DNA of 32,000 nucleotides, from NCBI GenBank assembly GCA_943789275.1, contig CALSTM010000001.1, forward strand, positions 120,001 through 152,000, written 5' to 3'. The position numbers and the translations under genes are program-made. Below are positions 18,501 through 25,600 of the stretch, in pieces. Every line of letters starts with the position of its first letter. Position 1 is the first letter of the stretch. This DNA is from Candidatus Poseidoniaceae archaeon (lineage in GTDB: Archaea > Thermoplasmatota > Poseidoniia > Poseidoniales > Poseidoniaceae). Under the pieces are notes generated by a model. It was given only the letters and a program-made list of their open reading frames with translations, was not told the DNA's origin and did not search any database.

Positions 18501-19621
18501 CTACAAACGGAACCACAGCCACTGGAGCAACAATCTTTGAGTTTGACGGAACGCCGATGACCCTATCTGCTGACCTTACCCTCGATGGTTGTGTCATGAT
18601 TCTCAAGGGATCATCGCTCAAGGTGAAGAGCACTGCAACAAGCAGTCCAGTTCTCACCCTTACAAACGGTGGAAAAGTAGTCGTTAGTGTCTCAGCAGAT
18701 ACTGGCGCAGTTGGTGCAATCAGCGCGGTTTCGGCTTCGTATGGACTCAACATCGACATCGTACAAGGAACACTTGAACTCGATGGCGGAACTCTACGTG
18801 ACGTCGCACAAGATTCAACCACCGACGCCGCCCTACTTATCGGCGATGGAGCTACTTTGAAGATGATGGATGGTGCAACAATTTACGGTGCATCAGCAAA
18901 CTCCGACGAAATGGCAACTGTGAAGGTGAACGGAGGAACTGTGAACATCGCAGATTCGTCGATTGTGAACACCGGTCAAACGGGAACAGCCCTTTGGGTT
19001 GAAGCATCTGGTGGCTCCATTGACAATGTTATTGTCAAGAACGCTGCAGTAGGTATTCAATCCTTTAACGGTGCTCCACAAGTGGATGGCTTCACCTCGA
19101 CAGACAACACCGTTGGTGTTGATGTCTACGGTGGAATGTCGCTACCAACAATTTACCGAAGTACATTACTAAGCGGTCAAAGCACCGGTTGGACAACCTA
19201 CAAGATTGACTTGTCGACCTTCCTCGGAGATGACTTCTTGCAAGTTGGTACGAACAGTATCTACGGCGGTGGAAATGCTCACCCAAGATACAATTACGCT
19301 ACGACCAAGTATTACATGATCACCGACCGATACAACATTGAATTGGAAGATGATAATGGAAACGTTTGGAACATTACTGATTCAGAACACCTTGGATACT
19401 ATCCAATCAGCGCTGCAGACCCTAAGTCTGGTGCAACTGGATACTCGACCTACGCTGCTGGAGCAGTTGGCGGTGTGCCAAGTTGGGATTGTAATACCTA
19501 TGGCTACGCATACGGTCCAAATTACCCATCGAGCTTTATTGGATATTACTACCAAATCTATCAGCGAATGTCTGGTTCTAGCCCGTCATACCCTGGTTAC
19601 TACGACAGACAAGCCACTTGA
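12599..19621 (+). CDS. Giant surface adhesin, 5' portion (about 2,340 codons; frame broken at 19604-19611)
   Basis: ATG 12599 is preceded by TAGGTGA; the ORF track begins at GTG 12590. The signal/anchor is KKASVFNGIGIALLLCALMALMPMAG. The body is T/S/N/G/D-rich extracellular sequence with repeated modules (...GDYVEYYWKF.. / ..GSEVEYYLYAED..). Two modules carry F-x-F-x-Y-F-G...IAPYW-type patterns, followed by a long beta-helix-like repeat region. Confidence 0.85.
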   Translation: MLGIKNTKKASVFNGIGIALLLCALMALMPMAGFVDNNAGDVEFVAINDTAEDDLLALPTSKDTGIEYEYEPSDELIGMRDQTTKTFVLEDGKFAQLTHNSPVHFLGDEGEWTDIDLNVVATAEGWEVNDNTFKTHFAPETSNGVAVQVDSSVDPLIMGKNPMLITMDETTTTPEPYAAAPSNDEVEIGGNMVRYPLAEGFSLDYTVMSTQLKQNLIVEERPILKETDAWFGFSEMMQLPTGFALFLGEEMLGEEMTQTQEPLDIRSIETGELLAQIPVPVVVEQGSGNEPYMATYFIQVLDSQVVISTLVESEWILADDRVFPLAIDPTIKVTNVNSGYCLKNYNRCYMARTTTYLQKGQYSWSSSNVNVNYYLPFNSFSFTSASQLPNQATVESISHYQTWTYRSVSSSTTITNAAAATVLEDCGSPNSSSMPYGWTMPAAPTNGCSSTLASSAYASTSTQYNSANARKLIASMWNSDSFDTVTPPSSNWGGTGVSADVCTTAATCATSTQASYITDAQNGTSSVAIGYKIPTNTGYLRSYHSNGGTTNSYISITYSGGIDADAPTSGFIPYHDVTSYVEGSRTFFTTLTDLSNIDTTASNKPTLNYAFNNGTFSSVAATSIGTCSTTASSCQFRATMPTVSAGDYVEYYWKFQDLNSNPNIGFDPALSGAQTVPTPYHFTVEDVDDAGDDKKLTVLMTDVHASSYSSPRASQLIDRQFTHFDGSDEFYFEFDVSTCGTGSNQCFFTGSTWDAPNYYFYNNWMGQHATVAGSGFNGMGSSSTRSDTFEHMTNDGGYLTISADKGPGMNLLYLYDSVENAFAMVGIGSTPTIDSKLSGGDAMDASYTYANSPAYKITLGSDSAMNAAGKETYGGQMGLFSFGNETGGAGTNANRLCVTTNGFVHFFRSPYASRDQCSGAYYYGGSYFSGGTSDERSLPSYVWSGWVHAMGYYGSQAASGTATYKIGGVAPVPDTFAPIADHAALSDSHSKDRTISVVLSDGGDPPSGLNVSTTAGVGPTLYYRITSADGTTGSWTTEVLTPQSSSTRAECATSACTWSADIEDLERGSEVEYYLYAEDTSNASTAVNTLTTSTESFGVGDPNKMFIVEWRDMQYTNNNFRCTYQAVFYDVTNEIEFHYDDACKNAYDATTVGFMDQTRSKGQTIRHSTSTSYLNGANPHTNNYRISTDSGDGSWESFDRGMTAMSNGIASDIQGTSGGSPSGYYCSSSYYFRTYGAQCADNIAMPNGFNFTYFGTDYNYTDSNDRINIERHGNMHFVGSGSTANVRAMTTWYGNMPKLPYSSNSAAPAGLIAPYWSYYGTYYCYQNTGADCGVFYRTMPFEGKGTDITSDITSDTTWDATDSPIRINPAGDYLTISADLTIEAGTVIQVGAGKGISFDGACDQMTINGNSTDHVLFEGYAGADWKGMAFTGACSTSTDNRHVFSYVDFKNTSDAAIAAGSRHGSSPISNANVGNFTMDHVTFTNVGAAFEHGSGQGTVLSMTEFSVDGTDGSCFDFAEDTDASLTEGTIANCNLDGGANDGAIVNVAGSTGGALFLENLTITNAYVNLISVDLDMVTISNVTATAATTQSGAALNSDAGAGAEVDIFNFDATDYTSVSIDAMGSIMMTDVDVGAAQMNFMPGGSTTSSTTGAFGDNAEFDNITAGFMNMRNLQPGVFKGITVDDLKIAGDTTNSDTVVIDDLDVGHFEVTGCSGWNLLVTSMTAERFTSNGCSAAKNTVTIADSTIAHTSALDSAVYARYSDVTIGETTMTSTTAGANSIYLAQADTNSNVRLIAVTQNGDDCADATGGTGDCDVDVASSSSEIWFGGLATVRTYRMALVNNVATQIFKSGHTVTAAVTDSSSSELFEVGSHITDSATSNLGAASVWVITGDESGGNTYSNHNIRAFGPAGQNETMTSASWYPTAGFTIGSTIDLLLEPAPVDFDQAGMDCAWMDAYVDPSNGAQLPTNGTTATGATIFEFDGTPMTLSADLTLDGCVMILKGSSLKVKSTATSSPVLTLTNGGKVVVSVSADTGAVGAISAVSASYGLNIDIVQGTLELDGGTLRDVAQDSTTDAALLIGDGATLKMMDGATIYGASANSDEMATVKVNGGTVNIADSSIVNTGQTGTALWVEASGGSIDNVIVKNAAVGIQSFNGAPQVDGFTSTDNTVGVDVYGGMSLPTIYRSTLLSGQSTGWTTYKIDLSTFLGDDFLQVGTNSIYGGGNAHPRYNYATTKYYMITDRYNIELEDDNGNVWNITDSEHLGYYPISAADPKSGATGYSTYAAGAVGGVPSWDCNTYGYAYGPNYPSSFIGYYYQIYQRMSGSSPSYPGYYDRQAT
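13337..13366 (+). repeat. 15-bp in-frame tandem duplication (LGEEM x2)
   Basis: CTCGGTGAAGAAATG (13337-13351) is immediately followed by CTTGGTGAAGAAATG (13352-13366), 14/15 identical. Confidence 0.9.
16680..19140 (+). other. Right-handed parallel beta-helix-like repeat region within the adhesin
   Basis: Recurrent short repeats of the type TISADLTIEAGTVIQVGAGKGISFDG, LENLTITNAYVNLISV, TLELDGGTLRDV, VNIADSSIVNTGQTGTALWVEASGGSIDNVIVKNAAVGIQ. These match the PbH1/pectate-lyase-fold style. Assigned by eye only. Confidence 0.5.
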
Positions 19622-22600
19622 ATTTGGATTCGACTGGGAGCATATCGAAGGCGTCTCACCAACAGGTTCGTACGCTTACTATCCTTACCATTACTGGGGT
19701 GCATCCTACAGCACATACCAGGCTATGTACAACCCAGTGTTCTATCCTCCAGAAGGGTTCAAGGGAAGCTACAACATTTGTTACGACCGGGCCTACAGTT
19801 ACTACATGAGTGCTGGACAAGGTGCTCGAATGACCATGCCGACAATCGACATTTCTGCTGCAAACATCAGCAAGGTCTCGTTGTACATGGACGTTCTACA
19901 CAACCGTGCAGATAACTACCAAGATCGCCTTGAAGTTGTCGCCCGTTCGGGTGATAACGCAGCACTACTTGGTGCCTACGCTCGTGAATCCGGAACTCCT
20001 CTCTTCAAGGATGGAACAATCACTGGCGCTGACACAGGTGTAATGATCGGCGGCGAATTCGCTGCTGGACACATCCAAGATGTAACAGTGACCAGCCCAA
20101 CCGATTCAGGTTTGGAAGTCACAGGTCAAACTGCAGCAACCAGCGACGGATTAACCGTCACGGGTGGAGATTACGGTGTCCTCATTGGCAACTCAGCATC
20201 CGGTTCCATGGATTTCATGAACATTGATTTCGATGGTAACACAAACGCTGGAATGTACTATTCGAAGGATCTAGCAGGTGCTATGTCCGGAACTGTCGTG
20301 AACAGTGCTGCAGCATTCAAGTACGGACCAAACACGGACAACGATGTAACTTACTCTGACTTATCAATCGCCACCAATACAGTTGGTGTAGAAGCTGGCG
20401 GAAGCGGTGATTTCACGTTCACAGATGTGGCGATGAGTAACACGAAGGATTTCTCTATCACCGGACAATCGAACATTGAATTCATCGAAGGAACTGTGGA
20501 CTCGACTACAGTTGATGTCACAGGTACAGGCGAGTTTACTCGCATGCGATCTCTGGAAGTTGAGTTACTCGCTGATACATTTGCCGTTCCTGATGCAACA
20601 GTCACATTGATTGATGGGGATGGAGCAGCAGCAGGCTCTGGTACAACAGATTCGAGCGGTATTGCAGAAGGATTGAATTTCGTAACAGCAACAGTCGACA
20701 GCAGTGGATTATACATTCCGTCACTGACTGGATATGAAGTGATGAGTGTCGCCAAGATCGACTACTACTACACCACTTCAACGAATAACCTTGCAGATTT
20801 CCGATATGCATCTCAAGCAGTAACGCTTAGCGATTTAACAGGTAACAGTGCTACTGTACCACTTACCAACCAGATTACTGAGCGTGTATGTTGGTATTCG
20901 ACCAGTACACAATACACGACCGTCTCTCCATGTGCAGGTTCATTCTTCACGAGCGGTGTTCGTACCTATGACGATGGAAACGGTGGAACTGTCAACGAGT
21001 ATGCATACTCGAATTCCTTGACAATTGGACAAGAAGACAACACGATCATGATGGATACACCTTACATCTACTTCAAGTCGAACACTCCGTACAATTTGAA
21101 CGGAACTACAATTCTGTCAACTGGAGCCTACGACTTCTACGGTACACAGCGTTGGTACACAAGTTACCCTTACGGTGGCCAAGTCTACATGAACGATGCA
21201 GCCATGTACGGTGTTGCTGTTGATGATGAAGGCGATATGTTTGGTGTTGAAGTTGGTTACTATGGATCACCAATTACCACGTTTGTCGCGAACAACACAA
21301 TCTTCTCCAATGTTGCGAAGATTTCATCTCAGAACGGTTACACTTGGGGTACCTCGTCACAATACCTTTGGGAAATTGAAGAGTTCTCGGTCACGAACTC
21401 AACGATTACGCACTACCAAGGATACACAGAACTCAACAACGCAATCCAAAACACCGATATCTGTATGATTCTTGGTGGCGGTGAAAACTCAGTCGTGAGT
21501 GACAACATCTTCAACGACTGTGGTGTAGGTGTTCACCTGCAACGTTCACCTTACTGGAACCGGCATGCCGGTGTCGTTGGTGCAGACAACGCAACAATCT
21601 CCAACAACATCTTCAACGATGGTGGAGAAATTGCAGATATCTGGCTTTACCGTGACGGTTCATCCGACAACGCAATGATTTCTGGTAACATCCTGAACAA
21701 CGGTGGCGCTGCAGCAGCAGCTATTGCACTGTACGACGGAAGTCACACTGGAGTGATGATTAGTGGAAACACGATCAACGCAGCTACGGACGGAATATAC
21801 ATTGACAACGCCTTGGATTACCGAATCACCGGTAACACAATCACGGGTGCTGGAGATGCTTCATATGCAGCAATCAGCGCTTTGGAAGGCTACGGTGATA
21901 TCGATAACAACACAATCATTGATGCCGACGGTGGTATCATTGTCGACAGTGCAACATCACCACCGGCGCCAACAACTTCGTTGTGTTCAATTGCCAGCAA
22001 CTCGTACCGATACACTGCCACATGCAGTGCAACGCTCGCTGCAGGTAAGACATTGGATATCAACATCGCAACAGACAGTTGGGGATACGAAGCATCAATT
22101 GATGTAACGAAGCCTGATGGAACGGTTGACAGTTTCGGCCGTGGAACAAGCACAACATTCGCGAGCAACACACAGTATACGCCTCTTGTATCCTACTCTG
22201 CTCCTGGACTGTACGCTGTTTCCTTGCAAGATTCGTACGGTGACGGTGGAACAGATGTCTTCATGGTTGAAGGTGGAGTTGCTGCTGGTTACACCGGCCC
22301 AACTATCGCTGACAATTCGATTGGCATCTCTGCCGGTCGTACAGCACCAAGTGCTGTCGGACTTGTTTTCGAAGACTGTGATGGAGTGAGCATTAATTCC
22401 GCTCGAAACACCATTACATTGTCGGACATTGCAATGGACATTGACAACTGTGACGTTACCGACGTTTCCTCAGTGATTACCGGTTCGAACGATGCTTCAA
22501 CCGTTGGTATTGATTCTGATGATGCGAGCGGAGATACGCTTACCCTCAGTGGAACTACAATCTCTGGTTATGCAACCGGTGTCGAAAAGACAAGTGGAGA

Positions 22601-25600
22601 ACTCATCCTAACAGGTGATGCATCCATCACTGGAAGCGACTACGGTGTCAGTGTTGATGATGCAACTGTTGTAGCCATCAATGCTGCAGTGAACGGTGGA
22701 GCAACCGGAACCGGTCTCCACGTTGTTGACAGCGATGATGTGTGGGTCTACCCAATGAACGCTTCCGGATTGGTCGGAATGTACGTCGAGAACTCACCAT
22801 TCCGCTGGGATGGAGGAACCTCGACTGCTACGACCACGCTCGAAGTGGTTGAATCACAAGGTAGTATTGAAAACATGACTTGGACAACCTCGTCGACTCA
22901 AATTGATGCGGGAAGCAATGCCTACGTTACATCGATTGGTAACACCATCGATGAAAACCGCCTGGTCGTTGATTCATCTGCAACTATTGATGAGGCAAAC
23001 TTGTTCTCCATGGAATCAACTCACTTGAACGCAGCTCCTACAAAGGAAGTTGCAATGATGATTAAGTCCACAGACGGAACACGAGCATCCTATGTTTCTA
23101 CAACCTTCCAACCTGAAGTCATGACCGTTGACGGTTCAAATGACGACTGGATTGGTGGAAACGCCCTCAACCCATCTGGCTATGCAATGCCAGGTCTCAT
23201 GAGCGGTGATGGAACAAACGACATGCTTGTTACTTACATCGAAGGGGACGACCTTTACATTGGTCTTACCGGTGAAGATCTCGCAGCCAGCGACGTTCTG
23301 ATTTACCTCAGCGTTGACGGCAGCGGAAGCAGCACTGGTTACAACCTCGGTGGTTCACACAACCTGCCATTCCAAGCCAACTACGTGCTTTGGGCAGACA
23401 GTGAGAGTTCTTACGACTTGTACAGCTACGGTTTCCTTGGATGGGGCGCTACCTCACTCAGCTCGGCTACCGTCGATGTTGCATCTGCATCTGGATTGAC
23501 TGAAATTTCCATACCGTTCTCACGAATTGGTGGAACTCCAAGTCAAATCGACATAGTTGCCATTGTTCAAGGTGAATCGACTGCTGATGTCAGCACCGTT
23601 CACCCAACACAAACCATTGATTCGGCGAACACACTTCAGAACTTCACTCAGTACATCACCGTCGAACTTACTCACGATGATTTGTTGACTGGAGAAATTA
23701 ACGACGAAGTGCTGGTTTACCGCTCTTACAAGGGTTCGAACACACCAAGTGTCGCTAAGAACTATGACGTCATTATCAAGACGGAAGCAGATTGTGAATA
23801 CGACTGGGAAACAACAACGGATTTGTCGCTAGCGACAAACGTTGAAATCACCATGAACATGGCTCGTGCTTGCCCTGAGATTCAATCGACTCTCGATGAT
23901 ATCTCCGTGGCAGAAGACTCTGGTGCCTACACCTTTAGCCTAACCAACTTGGCTGATGACGTGCAAGACCTTGAGGCTGATCTCACTTGGACATCCGCTG
24001 CAGGAACCCTCGTCGCTTACGACAATGTGCTTGTAGACTGGAACCAAAATGGACAAACTGTAACCATTACTCCTCTTGACGACCAATTTGGAACTCTTGA
24101 ATACGAGTTTGAAGTTACTGACAGCAATGGATTGACTGACAAGAAGAACATTACCTTCGAAGTTACCAACGTGAACGATGCTCCGGTTATCTGCAACGTT
24201 GAGGACGCAGGATGTATGCCAATCTTCTCCTCTGACGACAGCTTTGACAACATCCTTGCAGAAGGATTTGGAACACACACCAAGGACCTTGGTACTGTTT
24301 CGAACGCTTCCAAGTCTTACATCCGAGACATGGCTAACGAGCAATCGCCTGTTCGCCAAATCTATGATTGGGATGCATCTGTTGACTCAACCTGTGTTGC
24401 GTTCACTGTAGAAGTGAACACGCTCAACTCGTTGATTATCACTGAGAACACATCCAACGAAAAGGGCGGTTCATGCACAGTTACGCTTGAACTCTCTGAT
24501 GATGGCGCTGAGAACACTGCAGCTACACCGTACACAGTCGACTTCTCAGTCGCACCAGTGAACGATGCTCCAGTGATTACCTTGCAAGACACCGACGGTC
24601 AGAACCTGTTGATCAGTGACGCTGGAAGCCGTGCAAACGGTGAAGGTGAATTCATCACCATGACTGAAGACGATACCAATGCTGACAACCTCACTTGGGA
24701 TCTGCTTCCATTGATGAACGATATTGACCACGATGTTCCTGCGGACCTTACTTGGACTGTTGAACCAACTGCACAGTGTGCATACACCAACTACTTCACA
24801 ACGGCAATCGTTGGAACAGACTTGGTCTTCACACTCATCCCAGACGCAACCACAAACGGATACGATTGGGAAGTTGACTACATGAACGATAACGGTATCC
24901 ACCAATTGCGACCAGGTGGCCAGACTTTCTGTGCCATCAACTTGGTTCTCGAGGATACTGCTACCGCACCATCACACACGCCTAACTACGATACGACTGT
25001 GCTCAACTCAGCATTCACTGAACAATTGGCACCGTACACTCAAGGACAAGACGATGTTGTGATGTATGTCACCATTGATCGTGTTGCAGAGAACGTCGCT
25101 GACTATTCTCTTGATGCAACCAATGGAGTGAACTTCAACGGAATTAGCAACATCATGACCGGTACCTATGTTCCTGTTTCAGTGAACATTGACGCTGGTG
25201 GCGATGAAGGACCATACAATTACGACCACATGTTGGCAGTGACCTTCCATACCGATGGACACTTTGAAGACGAAACTACTCGCTACTACAACGTTCCTGA
25301 CTACGGAACTACGTTGGTCGTTGAGGAGAACATCTTCATCACAAAGGACACAACCAAGGTCGAAGTTTCAATGGACGTTCTCACCTGTTTGAACAACCCA
25401 TGTGACCTCACCGTCTCGTCCAGTGAGAGATTCCAATCTGATGACCCTGAGTCGCACCGTGCAAACAACGGTGGTTCTCAAGGTGCTCTTTGGTCCTCTC
25501 CAGGACAATACGGTCAGAATGCATCGCAGACTTCGGAACGCCGACCAATGCTACAAGACAGCTTCTGGTGTAACAACCGAATGACAACCTTGGACCTTGC

